Assembly: GCF_033153115.1 (NCBI RefSeq)
Contig: NW_026889753.1
Span: 4,402,001-4,466,000 of the forward strand
Reading direction: 5' to 3'
Origin: Saccostrea echinata
Lineage: Eukaryota
Length of the DNA stretch: 64,000 bases
Numbering within the stretch: the first letter of the stretch is position 1; each line of letters begins with the position of its first letter. A model generated the notes under the pieces. The model was given only the letters and a program-made list of their open reading frames with translations, was not told the origin of the DNA and did no database searches. Made by a program: the position numbers and the translations under genes. Below are positions 48,335 through 61,161 of the stretch, one piece after another.

Positions 48335-49272
48335 TTTTTTATGCCCTGCCATGAATGGCCAGGGCATATAGTGTTTGTCATGTCTATCTTCCATCCTTCT
48401 GTCTGTCCATCCCTCCATCTGTCCTTCCACCACACTTTGTGTTTTAACCTGTTTCAAAGAAACTATTCAATATATTTTTATAAAACTTTATATGCTGATG
48501 CATATTATTGAGAGCTTTTCAATGTCATTAAAATTTTTGTACTTGACCTTCACTTTGACCTTGATCTTGCTTTTCTTAGTAAGTATTCAGCTCAGTTTCA
48601 AAGAAAGTATTTAAGATATTTTCTATTAAAACTTGTATGTTGATACATACTGATGAGAACTATTTTACTTTAACAACATAGTTTGACCTTGACCTTTCCT
48701 TTTGACCTTGACTTCACTTTCCTAAAATTTGTGTTTAGTTAAGTTTCAAAGAAATTATTCCAAGATATTTTTATCAAACCTTATATGCTGATACATACTG
48801 ATGAGAACTATTGAACTCCAGCAACATTTTTGGCCTTGACCCTTCCTTTGACCTGGACTTCACTTTTCTTAAATTTGTTTCAAAGAAATTATTCAAGATA
48901 TTTCTGTTCACTGTATCAACATTTTTTAACCTTTTCCTGTCACCTTGACCTCACCTTTTCTTAAAATAATGTTAAGCTCAGTTTCAATGAAACTATATAA
49001 AGATATTTTAATCAAATCTAATATGCTGATACATATTGGTAAGAGCTATTCAACTACATTAACATTTTTTACCTTGATCTTTCCTTTGACCTTGGCTTCA
49101 AAAATGTATTCAGCTTAATTTCAAACATTCTCACAATGTCAAGGTTCTGTGATTTCGGAACTCTATTTAAAAGTTATTTAAAAGTTGGGCTAGAAAGCTA
49201 CTATTTCATTTGTTCCTAGTCTAGCCTTGAGCTGCTTAGGGAGGCATCAATGTTTCACAAACACATCTTGTT
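48335..49272 (+). mobile_element. Diverged HINE with a ~146-bp satellite core
   Basis: TTTTTATGCCCTGCC..GGGCATA head, GTCC microsatellite, TTGACCTT repeats; 3' end GGCATCAATGTTTCACAAACACATCTTGTT shared with 23600-23630. Confidence 0.7.
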
Positions 49273-49470
49273 TTAGTGTAGCTTTATATAGGAAACAATT
49301 TTAAAAGGTATAACAATAACAAATTTAACACAGCTTAGACCAAGAAATATTAAATGGTATTTAATCAGTGTTTAAAATTTTAAAATGAAGCAAAGTCTCA
49401 GAATTTTGTCTTTCTTTGATCTATGTAATGATTTCTTAATATTGCTAAATTTGGTTGATTATTTTTGTAG

Positions 49471-49555
49471 GATTTTAATGCAGTTTCTCCAAAATGTGTT
49501 GACATAATAAAAAAAGCATTTGTACAAATGGATGTGACTTCCACCAAACCTGGAG
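49471..49555 (+). CDS. DPP7: DPP7 exon 5
   Basis: DFNAVSPKCVDIIKKAFVQMDVTSTKPG; phases 0 and 1 fit the neighbouring exons. Confidence 0.85.
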
Positions 49556-50958
49556 GTAAATGTTTGATAAATCTTTCATGCTGCCTAGTACATGTTTTGA
49601 ATGCCATTCATCTAGGGCAATGACATCAAATCCTTTGAATCATAGATAATTGGTATACTTCAGTTCATTGTTCTATTGATTATTCCATATAAAGCAGTCA
49701 GAATATTTTTGTTAGATAGATAATTATGTAACATTATATGCAGGTTCCTGGCCTGTAGTCAACATCTTTGTTCCTGAATTATAAATGAATCACTGCAGGC
49801 AGACATGTAGGCCCATCTACAGTGCACATGTTAAAATGTCAGAGAGTCTAATATATAGTTATTTAGACACACCCCTTCATTTTATGATATAATCTGTTTT
49901 AATATGCTTCAGAAAATATTCACAGTAAGGCCAATTTTAAAATAATGTTTGTTTGCCTTATCCCGACTTAAGATGATAAAATTGGGTCGATAGGTAGGTG
50001 AAAAAAAAATTTCCAAGAAAATTTCAAGATCAATGCTAAATTTTTAAATTCTGTTATTTGGAATGCATTAAAAAAAATAATTGCTTCCTGGAGGTTAAAA
50101 GAAGCTTTGAGTCAGGCCATTTTTAGCCAGTCGGTAAGATGGGGCAACCAGACTTTTTTTTAAAGATGGCCTAGAATACTTGTATTGCATTGATTTATTA
50201 TTATTTGTGCTTAGAATTTTAAAATCTCTGCATGGAGTCAAATTAGATAAGATATTGGGAAAACAGTCCAAGTTTTTCAATAATCACCAAGTACTTCTCA
50301 TTAATTTGAAGTTTTTATGTGGACATTAAGTCTATATTTGTATCCCTAGTGCAACAATAGAATCTTCATGTGATTTAGATTTACTTCAGTCGTGTATTGA
50401 CAACAGAAATTGGTACCTAATTACTGGGCTGCTGTTAGAGAACGATTAAAAAAAATGAACATGATTTAAAATAACTGTTAAGAATGAAACGGAACAGTAG
50501 CTGACAACACTCAGTACAAATCTAATTTGGTATATATAGATGTTCTGTCACATGCAACTTATAGTAGATTGTGTTAGGTCTACTTAATGTATGAAATTGC
50601 AAGGAGTGTTGACACATATCAGTATTTTACTTACATTTTAAAGACATAAAAAGCATGTAAAAAAAAATATAGGATGCAGTTCCAGAAGAAGAAAATCAAA
50701 TAAGCACTCTTCTGGTAAATGCACACCATTTTCAAAAATAAAATTGCAAGAAGTGCAACAGAGTGTGTGAGATTTGAAACTTCCAAGCATGCAAGGCTGG
50801 ATTTTTAGGTGTGGTTTGTGATTACTATGCTATGACAAGCTAGACCTTTGTGCTTGATGAGCTTACGCGATGGTAAAGTGTCCATTGTCTATCTGTCTGT
50901 AAACAATTTTTAGGTAATTACATGCATACAGATATTTAATTAAAAAACAACATTGTAG

Positions 50959-51125
50959 GTCTGAAACAGTTGTCCACTACATTTGGCCTTTGTAAGCCGA
51001 TGACCTCTAACACCGACTACCGTCACTTTCTGGGATGGATAAGAAATGCCTTTACCTACCTAGCCATGATGGATTATCCATATCCGACATCCTTCATGGG
51101 TAATCTTCCAGGATACCCTGTAAAG
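50959..51125 (+). CDS. DPP7: DPP7 exon 6 (remaining exons lie beyond the window)
   Basis: GLKQLSTTFGLC..WIRNAFTYLAMMDYPYPTSFMGNLPGYPVK, AG/GT flanked. Confidence 0.92.
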
Positions 51126-52030
51126 GTAGACAATAGCATTGTTCTTCCTAATTTCTTCCAAACAATTTTACACCTTTCCATTTCTTTGTCTGCATGATGT
51201 TCATCTTTTGTATCTTTGTTTGTTTTGTACATATTTTATTGACAATGTGTCAAAGGGATTGGACACAAGTTCTAAAAACTTAGATATTCCTCTCCCATTT
51301 TGTATCTTTAGGTGACCTATCACTGTTTGTTTGGTCAGTTGTCATGCAGTGACCCTCGTTTGCATTCCCCCTAAAAGTTGATAACATTTTCAGCCTAATC
51401 TCAAATTGAAATTACCATATAGCAAGAATTCTTAGCGGGGTGCTAAATTTGGCTTATTTTAGTGATTTTGAAGTAGTCCACTAAAACTTTAATTGCTAAA
51501 TTTGCATCTTTGCATACAAATACTGAATACAAGAAAAATAACTTTGATCAGTCCATTGTAAAACAATGTAGCTTTCATCTGGTGTTGGTTTTCACTCAAA
51601 CTCTTGCCTTAATCAGTAATCAAATGTATATTAAATGTACTGAAACTCATCTACACTGTGAATTAACATCCTCTCTTTTGCAACATCATGGGACTGTGTG
51701 TCTGCCAAAAAAAGTTCCACCAAAATTATTGGCATACCTTTGAGCAAGAAAATGCCAAATTTTATGCCTACTGTATGGTATATCTTCTAAAATCATGGCT
51801 CCTGATCATTTAGCAAACATTTTACATGTTCGTATTCACACTCTTGAAATATAAGCCCCCTACAGAGATGAAAAAAATTCTGTCTCTTCAGGTCCAGGTT
51901 TTAAGCTTTAAAAGTGTGACATATATATAGGTTAGTTAATCATATTTGGAAACACATACTCTGGTGAGCATCAAGGCCCGTGAACCTATTGATTTGTTTT
52001 GCAGTCTTTATATGTCATGAGTACCTGTGT

Positions 52031-52232
52031 CAGGGATGGGGTTATTGAAAAAAGTGACTGTAATTGACTGTAATTAATGACATTTTTCTAAGTCAATTTA
52101 TGTAATTTGTAATTGATTTTTTTTCAGTTACAAGACTTATAATTAGTTATTGTAAGTTAAGTGACAAAAAGTAGGAAAAGTATCAATTGTAATTTAATTA
52201 ATCATTTTCCAATGTTATTTACCCCATCCCTG
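52031..52232. mobile_element. hAT-like MITE
   Basis: TIR CAGGGATGGGGT / ACCCCATCCCTG; flanks ACCTGTGT / ATGTGTGT (6 of 8 match). Confidence 0.7.
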
Positions 52233-53676
52233 ATGTGTGTCGAAATGATTGATTCTATCGACTTACTTTACCCCATAGAAAAAATCTTTCAATGATAATT
52301 GCTCGTGGAAATGTATGTCCTTAAGCAGCACAGTTTATGTATCTGTTTCATTTCATATTCTTTGAAAATATGAATATTTCCACTTGAATAAAAGTGCATG
52401 TCTAGTTTTAATAAAGCTTAGCTTCAGCAGAATGGCATTTGAATGTAGTAGATCTGAAATTACATGTTACCAGTTATAGTTTCAAGAGAGCACATGATTT
52501 TGCTTGATTTTCAAACAGAGCTTCGACATCTTTAAATTGTTCTCAGATGAATGAGTAAGATTAAGAATAATGAAACTCAAATGTTCAGGATTTATAGTTG
52601 TTGTTACAGTAAAGCCAACTAATTCTCTTTGAAATATACACCACATTGATACAACTTTCATGAATATGCATTTAAATCTCTTAAGGTTTGAGAACAAATC
52701 TAAAAGTGAAATTAGCTTTTTACACATTAACCAACATAAAGACAAAGGCAGTTGGGAAAAATATAAATTTAGGTGACAAAAAATGAAAACTGCGCTTTCC
52801 TTGATAATGAAAACAATGCCTGCTTCCAGAAGAAATAGATTTCTATCCAGTGGTATGGAGAAAAAACTAGAAAACATTATTCTCAAGGAAAAACAATTAA
52901 ATTTCTAATCAGTTTCTAACAAAAGTCATTTGGTTTGAAGACATTCCAATTTTCCATCTTTACATTAAATTCATTCTAGTTAGCCTGATCCTGAAGCAGC
53001 AGATTACGCCAGAAGTCAAATTAGAAGTGGGAAGGCACCGTTCTTAACAGTCAGTGATTGATTTATGCTTACAATGTACATCAGGAAGGTTTTAGGGGAG
53101 CGTCGATTGTCAGGAAATTAACTGTTTATCTTCTAATGTATTTCCTCCAATTTTCTGAATATATATATAAGATATACTAGCCGTTGATACAGTAGGGGTT
53201 TTATATGTGTGAGCCTTAGACTGGTTAAGGTACCAGTCACACATTTTAGCAATCATTGACCAAAAAATTCCAGAAATTTTAATAAATACATGTAATATAT
53301 ACAGTTTGAAGATAAACAGATAATGTTTATCATAAAGAAATTTATCCTGTTTATGTTTTTTCACAATGAAATATACTGTATGGAGATAACGAACAGTATT
53401 CAAGCTCAAAAGTCCATTCAAACAACACAAAGCAGGAGCAGAGCAAACACGGACCTCTTAAACATCATAGGTGGGATCGGGTGCCATGGAGGAGTGAGCA
53501 TCCCCTGCCAATTATGGTTTATTATTGAAGATATATAATTACAGTTACACCTCATTATCTCAATCTCTCAATGGGACAAATAAAATTCCAGGAAATCCAA
53601 GGGTTTGAGAACATTGGGGTTAAAATATGTTAAAAAAGTGGTTGGAACCTCCAACTACTTCAACATATCCATAGTA

Positions 53677-54712
53677 CGCAGCACAGTTAAGGCTACAAAA
53701 AGGGGGTGGAGTCTAATTTGTACGGGAAATTTTAACTATGACATCATACAAAACCAACAATTCTTAAAAATATTACAAAATGAAATGATTTGCTATTTTA
53801 AACAATAGGAAACCATCAAACTACATCTAAACTTACTATAACAAGCTGTTACATCTTTAGTTAAATTCCACATAGCAAGGTATAAACAAGTCACTGATCG
53901 CGATGCACTTGTCGATATGACGTCATTTCGTAAAACTTGACGCAGTTTGTATGCAGTGAGAGGCGGATCAAGAAATATTTTCACAACGAAAAATGTATTC
54001 TATAATTAAATAATTATTTTTTAAAGATATTTGAGAGGTCATTAACTTGGATGCAATGTCTTCTTAATGATTTTATTCATATATATTCCGTATATTTCCT
54101 ATTTAATTGATACTGCCGTATATTTGTATGCAAGTACATCGGAGGGTAATGTAAGGGTCTTAATAAATCGATCTAGTGCAAGGGCATGCACTCAATGGAT
54201 CACAATAAGCTTTTACAAATAAACTCTAGAAGTATTAAGGTATCTGAAAAGTGCTGCGATCCTGGTGAAATCTTGAAAATGAATTAATTATATCTATATT
54301 TAATGCCGTTGACCAGCAAAAAATACAGAAATACAGAATGCGGTCATATAAATTCGATTTTAACAATGGAATAGCAGAATCTGTAGAGGATTGCAGCACT
54401 TTTCAGAAACTATGATGCGTGTTGAAAATATTTATACTCTAAATTTAGAATTTTAACTTGATTATGCCCTTGCACTAGTGAAATTTATAGTTGACCTCAA
54501 TACTGTAAGTATATGTGCTATATCACGTGACTGCCGCATCACGTGACAAGTCTAAATATAAAATCTTATCGTCCTCAATATGTAGTTATTAACCATAATT
54601 ACATTTGTCGGATATCAATAAATTACTGAAAAGAATCGCCATACTGATTAAGAATATATTTTTAATCACAAAAATTGCTGATATTTCCATTGCACACCTT
54701 AACTGTACTGCG
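53677..54712. mobile_element. TA-target DNA transposon inserted into a MITE
   Basis: TA|CGCAGCACAGTTAAGG..CCTTAACTGTACTGCG|TA; the flanks rejoin into a copy of the 25666-25840 MITE. Confidence 0.8.
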
Positions 54713-55766
54713 TATTCTAATTCAAGATATCAATGTTTAGCATACAAAAGTTCAACTATACAAGGATGGACATAGACTCTAAGATAGTTTGATAGAATAC
54801 AGGTTATGATTTAATCTACCTGGAGTACAAGTTTGTAGTCTAGTTAGGATGAATAAATATTAGGGATGTCTACGATATTATCCCTAATATTAGGGATGAA
54901 TAAATATTAGGGATGTCTACGAAGATTGAAGTATTCTCTCAGTTTAATAGTTAAGACTCCAACGGATAATGCGAATACTTTATTCCAAGGCAATTAATGA
55001 CCTATCATTTGGTCTCACTATTGACAAAGTATTTTTTCTTGGTTACTTTAAATTCAAGGTAATAAATTATTAATTTCTAAAACCATCATGTGTATTGGTG
55101 GCTCACAACCATTCAGTTGACATAACACATTATAGTAATAAGAGCAGAATTTTAAGTTAATAAAAACCAACATGTAAGTATACATGCATGAGATCATTGA
55201 TCAAGTGACCCATAGCAGTAATTATCAATCTGCTGATAAATGCTATTCAAAATTTTGATGAACTGTCAACTTGAAAATTAACATAAAAATGCCTATGTCT
55301 TTTCTAAAGTATAAATAGCCTTAACTGTATCTATTCTTCCCATTTTTAGAAGTAATTTTAAAATTAAATGATTTCATCATTTTGATTTAACAGCAATTGA
55401 TGACTTTAAAGTTAAAATTTTATAGGAAAAAAATCAGAATGTGAGCAATTGTGTTTTTGGTCTGGATTATAATATTATATTATAATTGTAGCGTTTTCAC
55501 CTGTCTGAGTTTGAAGGATAGGATAAATTATTTTACTAGGTCGTATCTTTAACATGAAATGTACATATTGAAGCCTCATAATTGCAGAGTTACTTTTCCC
55601 CAATCTAATTCAAGTCTGAATACATTTTTAACAAAAAGCTTATAAATTAAAACAATATAGGCTGTCTATAGCGGTAATTTTCTTTAAATCATTAAAAGGG
55701 ATGCTAAAACATATTAATAAATTGACACAAAATAAAAAAAAATTTAGTGTATTTGTCCTAATTTAA

Positions 55767-56543
55767 TGAGGCCGAGTCTATTTCCAGTGCGCATGACTTT
55801 GCGCAGCTTTTTAGTTTCATGCAGGCGTATCTGCAACATAACACCTATCCAAGTTTTGTAATTGTAACACAAAATGAACATTATCTGTAATGTTTATGGG
55901 TCTTAAAATGTCCTTTTAAGACAATATTTAGGAATAAATGCTGAAACGGCTTTCACGACATCACTGTTTTCCGATTCTGTAAGCAATGCATGATGCTAAA
56001 GAATGATCCTTGACTCGCTTGAGTATTCAAGATGTCTATATATGGACATTTTATTAAACACTGTTGACAGAACATCAAAAGAAACATACCAGCAATCTAA
56101 ATGTTGTTATAATTTTTACCAAAATAATTCATCTGCGCCAATATATACAAAATGCATGCTGCAATATGGCAAATTTAGAGGAATTGGGCATTGGGAAAAA
56201 ATAAACTTTGTAATATAATTCCTAGACCAAACCAGATGGTCAACTTTTTTGAAATTTCACAATTTGCTGACTTTTTACAATAACTTTCATATATTTGACT
56301 GAAAACAAAATCCCTAGGCTAGAAGTACAAAAAATATGGGGAAAATGGGATAATTTGGCACTTTTCCAACAAATTCCCATAGGGTCCAATAGTAAAATTT
56401 GACAACTTTTAAGATGGCCCTCTCAAAAATCGGGATGGTAAACATTTGATATTTTTATCTTAAAATAATTAATATAATAGTAAAAATACATTAAAGAAAA
56501 TTTATCAAAATATCTAGGGTAGAAATAATTAGACTCAGCCACG
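55767..56543. mobile_element. TTAA-flanked non-autonomous DNA transposon
   Basis: TTAA|TGAGGCCGAGTCTA..TAGACTCAGCCACG|TTAA. Confidence 0.6.
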
Positions 56544-57046
56544 TTAAGTCAAAGTCTTAAACATGGTTATGGCAATTTAAATGAAAGAAATTGCAAATGC
56601 AAAAAGACAGTATTTCTTTCTGATGTAATCAGAGATCTTTATGTGTCCCCTGGGTCAAACACTCGGAGACTGCATGTGCAGCTTAAGAGAGATGTTATTG
56701 TAGTAAAAAGATATCGGTTAAAATGTGGATCGACCTACGATAAAACTAATAGATTCAGCAAAATAAAAGAATAGAGAGAAGCAAATGCCAGATTTAACAA
56801 AAACAAAGCATGTTATAATGGAGATGAGTATGCATGATCATTGGACCAAGTTAAAATTTCCACATGAAAAATCAGCTATGACATTACATAATTCCACTTT
56901 GTGATATCTTGTGAAACATGATCAAAGCTGTTCGAAAGATTATTAAGTGAAAAATAAACTTTTAAAAGGCAACTTTAACTGCAGAGTATGAAAATTTTTG
57001 CACTTCAATGTATAGAAAACTCTTTTTCAACATCATGTAATAAATT

Positions 57047-59279
57047 CCCATACCAAACCATTCTCACAATTTGCTCATGAGCAGTTCAAGTGAGGACTAA
57101 CCAGATTTGCTCACGTGAGTTGCTCATGTGAGTCTCATGTGCAATTTAACATGCAAATTAGGTGAAATGCTCACGTGAGCAAGATTCTGCACATGAACAT
57201 TTTTTGCTCATGTGAGGAATCATTTTGCTCACCTAGAATATTGCTCACATGAGGCTCATTAGTCTCATGTGCAACAATTGCTCACTTGAACAAACAACAA
57301 TAGAATAAAATTTAGATTACAAACATAATATATAAATGTTTGTTTAAAATATGATTCGTCAATAATATTGAACATTTTAAATATTCTTGAGCAACATGTA
57401 AATACATGCATAAATGTTCAGTGAACTTCATTTTTCAAACTTAAAATGAAATAAAAATCAAAATTAAATTAAATGAACAACTGATATATACTACATTAAA
57501 CACATTTCTCTGTATTAATCTTAATTTATGTACAAAACACATTATTGTATAAATTATCAAAAAGTTAGATTTCCAGTAGTTTTCCACTAGAACATCCAAT
57601 GTAAATGTCCATTCAACAGTTAATTTTGGACTGCACTAGATGGATTAAAGTTGTCTCTGATATGTCAGGATATGTAGATTTTTTTCCAATTCCTGAATGC
57701 GTGGCAATCATACTTGGGTGTGAAATAAATATTCCTGCAGTCATAAGAATCATAATCATTTCATCAAGTTCCTTTTCCTTGCGAGTGCCAACTTCAGAAC
57801 TCCATGTATATGTAAGGGGCCGGGGTTAATCTGCAGATCCCTCAATCAGCAACTTTTATCTGCCAAAAATTTGAATTTATAGTTATTATATTTTTCATGG
57901 TTCAATTGGTCATGAAAGGCCAGTCAATAAAAATCATATGCATCAATATTAAGCAACTTCTCTTATCATATATAAATTATAGATTACTGCACTGAGCTGT
58001 TATGTACACTTTGACCTAATCTAACTTACCATATTTACAGTTCTTAAAAGAATCTATAGAGAATTAATTTGCAATACATAAAGGATTTTATGTTTGATCC
58101 TATATTCAGAACTATAATTATATAAACATTAATTACATTCTGTAATGACGTAAATTCATGTTCATATATTAAACTTTGATTACTGATAACATCTAAATTA
58201 AGTATTAATTAATAATTAACACACAAACATATTATGTTTTAAAATTAGTATTTATCTGAAATGAGAGGGGGATTATAATTAGCCTGTGCACTTACCCTTT
58301 TCTCAGTGTACTTTAGTACCCTTTTCTCAGTATACTTTAGTACACGTACCAGCAAATCTTTGAAATTTTCCTATATATATATCACAGTAATTTTTCATTG
58401 TGGCTGCATGGTCATTCGTAATTGATCTTTAATATTTCCTCATCTCATGGACATAAGATACATTTGTAACTTTTAAAATGTTGACATCCAGTTCAATATG
58501 GTGATGACGTGTATTTCCCAAAGCATATTTCACTTCTTTACTGTATAATTCTACCGGTATATACTTTCATGTCCCTCACAAACATTTTGGATTGAAATTT
58601 TGAACTGGTCTGAAAGTGCGCACAAATCCTGACTGGCTCCCCTCATTGGATACTGCCCTGGTTTTAAGCAACTGTGGGGGACACAACAGGTTGTTTAGGT
58701 AGAGGAAAGCATTTGCAAATTGATGGAATGAAGATTAGAAGCTCAAGAAATTAAGAAATTCCTGCCTCAGGCCCCCAATTATTTGTGATGCTATCATCAG
58801 GAAGCATTAATAGTTAACACATGGGCAATTGTAATGAAGGCTTGTAAAAGCTTGGACCACACAGAGTGACAAAGTATTGTATTTCCTTACGTGAGCATTT
58901 GAAATGCTCACATGAGGAAATGAGACTTGTAATTCTTTGGTTTTGGTTCTACCTGTAATACTGAATTTTGACTATGTCCAATTTCCTAACCTCTTGCTCA
59001 TGTGAGAAAACTGAACTTAGAAAAATTACTACCAATGCTATATCTTTATATTAAAGGCTATTCATACGTGAGCAAATGAATAGACTTTTGCTCATGAGCA
59101 TCCAAGTGAGCATTATTTTGCACATGTGCATTTTGGTTAGTATTTTCCTCCCTAACAGAGACTAACAATCTGCAAATGAGCAAAATCCAATTCTACCTAA
59201 TTTGCATACATTTCTTACTAGATTCTCATGTGAGTCTCATGAGCTGCTCATGAGCATTTGTTAGAATGTTTGGTACGGG
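57047..59279. mobile_element. Non-autonomous CACTA/EnSpm-type transposon
   Basis: ~37-bp TIRs CCCATACCAAACCATTCTCACAATTTGCTCATGAGCAG vs (rc) CCCGTACCAAACATTCTAACAAATGCTCATGAGCAG; TT on both sides; many subterminal TGCTCA(C/T)(G/A)TGAGC palindromes. Confidence 0.8.
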
Positions 59280-59702
59280 TTGGAACATGCATGCATGTCT
59301 CAAATTAAATGTATTCAAAAATTCTTGTTTAGCAAGTAAAGCAAATGATATAAAAAAAAATAAAGGAATCTACTTTCCAAACAAAACAGCGTACACTGCA
59401 AGCAAAACAGTCTATTTCATCCTGCGTGCTCAAATAATTATTCTAACCTTGCTTTATACAGTCAAGTCCATGACGGAAAACCGTCCGATCTAAAAGTTAC
59501 AAGTATTGGATGGAAAATCCGTCCTAAAGAAAAGGATGGTTTTCCATCCTTCAAATGAAATGGATGGAATTCCATCCAAAATTATTAAAATATCCCTGAT
59601 AGGATGGCAATTCCATCCATACTTCATCATATTTTAAACAAAACAAACATATTAAAATTTCAAAAGCTATTATCACTAATTATTGTAATCACTGGTCAAA
59701 TT

Positions 59703-60446
59703 ATGGAAGTTTCATTTCGAAGACGCCAAAGATGGCGTAAGAAAGTTCAAAGATTAAGAAGAGAAAGGGGATGGGACAACGTATCGGACAAAGTTATCCT
59801 CTTCTTCTCAACAATTAATGGGTAAATAAGTTTTACATGTTGTACCATGTTTACATGTTTTAACAATGATTAACTTGTTAACCGTACACATAGTAAGCTT
59901 TATGCATTTTATATGATTGGTTTCTTCAGCTTTTCAAACAATTGTGAAGTGTATATTGGTAAAAGTAAATCTTAAATATTATATTTTAGTTCTAAGTTTT
60001 GAAAGTAGTACTCTAGCCTTAACCATGTTAACACAAGATATATAAACAAGATATTTTGCCCTTTTAGATACCATCACTTCAGAATCATGCCAACGCAGTT
60101 TAGCTGGAATCATCCATATATGATGGAATGCATTCCCGAGCCTACAAACAGAAGGGACCCTCTAGCTGTCTTAGTGAAAGAAATGGGGGTAAACATAACA
60201 ATTGGACGGGTTCCAAAGGACATATGCAATGTCATTTCCCTTGAGATGAGAGTGACACAGAAGCTTAGGAGGACATTTTGTCTGTATATTGGGACACACC
60301 ATAATGAAGGCCCAGTACCAAGTGGGGGACTGAAACTCCATTGTGTTTATGTGTTGGAGTTTAGCAATGACACATCTTACAGACGACTTGGGGAAGTTGC
60401 CAGTTTTTTGAGGAGACATGTACCATCTTCATACATATATCTGTGA
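59703..60446 (+). CDS. Stand-alone HIRAN-like domain protein, 2 exons, 165 aa
   Basis: Exons 59703-59821 and 60068-60446 splice in frame (INGYHHF). HIRAN signature EPTNRRDPLAVLV..IGRVP, then GGLKLHCVY; Arg-rich N-terminus. Confidence 0.72.
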
Positions 60447-61161
60447 CAGTTAAGAGACTTGTTGGCATAAGTATTATGATCACTTTCATTTCATAAGCAT
60501 GATAAGCATAATCATCGCTGTTGTTATTATCATATTCTACATCATGTACATAATTTTGAATGAAAAACATTTGACATGTTTGAATGCTTTATTCATTTTG
60601 TTTAATCAAACAGAAGTAATTTCTTCAGAAACCACATTCAGTAAACCATCTGACACAGACAAGAGGGTCAACTGTTCACATAAAATGTTACCATGGTTAC
60701 TTTATTTTGTGTTATAAAGTAATGCTACAGTGAATCCAGGAGGAAAAAAACCAAATTGACAAATATACTACAAATGATGTGTGAAATAAAGTCATGTAAA
60801 TGAACAATTTAAAACCACTATTTGATTGATCAAATTTTAAAAAAGTGCAGATCATCAGAGGAAGGTTCTAGTTCCTATATTATCACAATTATTTATTTGG
60901 TATTAATCATGTTTATAAACATTGTTGAATAGGAAAAGTTGAAATTATATAGGATAAACATGACAAAAACACTGTTGGCAGGTAAATTCAATATTTCAAA
61001 CAAAATTCAAACATTCCTTTACCAAAAGTTCAACAAAGATCACCCTAACTTGCAACATAAAAAAAAACTAAATCATCCAAAATACTAGTGCACATGAAAT
61101 GAAAACAAAATCTTTCCATTCTAACATTGGTTTTAACATTGTTGTACACTTCAAAGTAAGT

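Noticed and set aside
52482-53538. 134-aa and 106-aa minus-strand ORFs
   Set aside because: F/L/I/K-rich composition typical of AT-rich non-coding DNA, with no domains or supporting splice structure.
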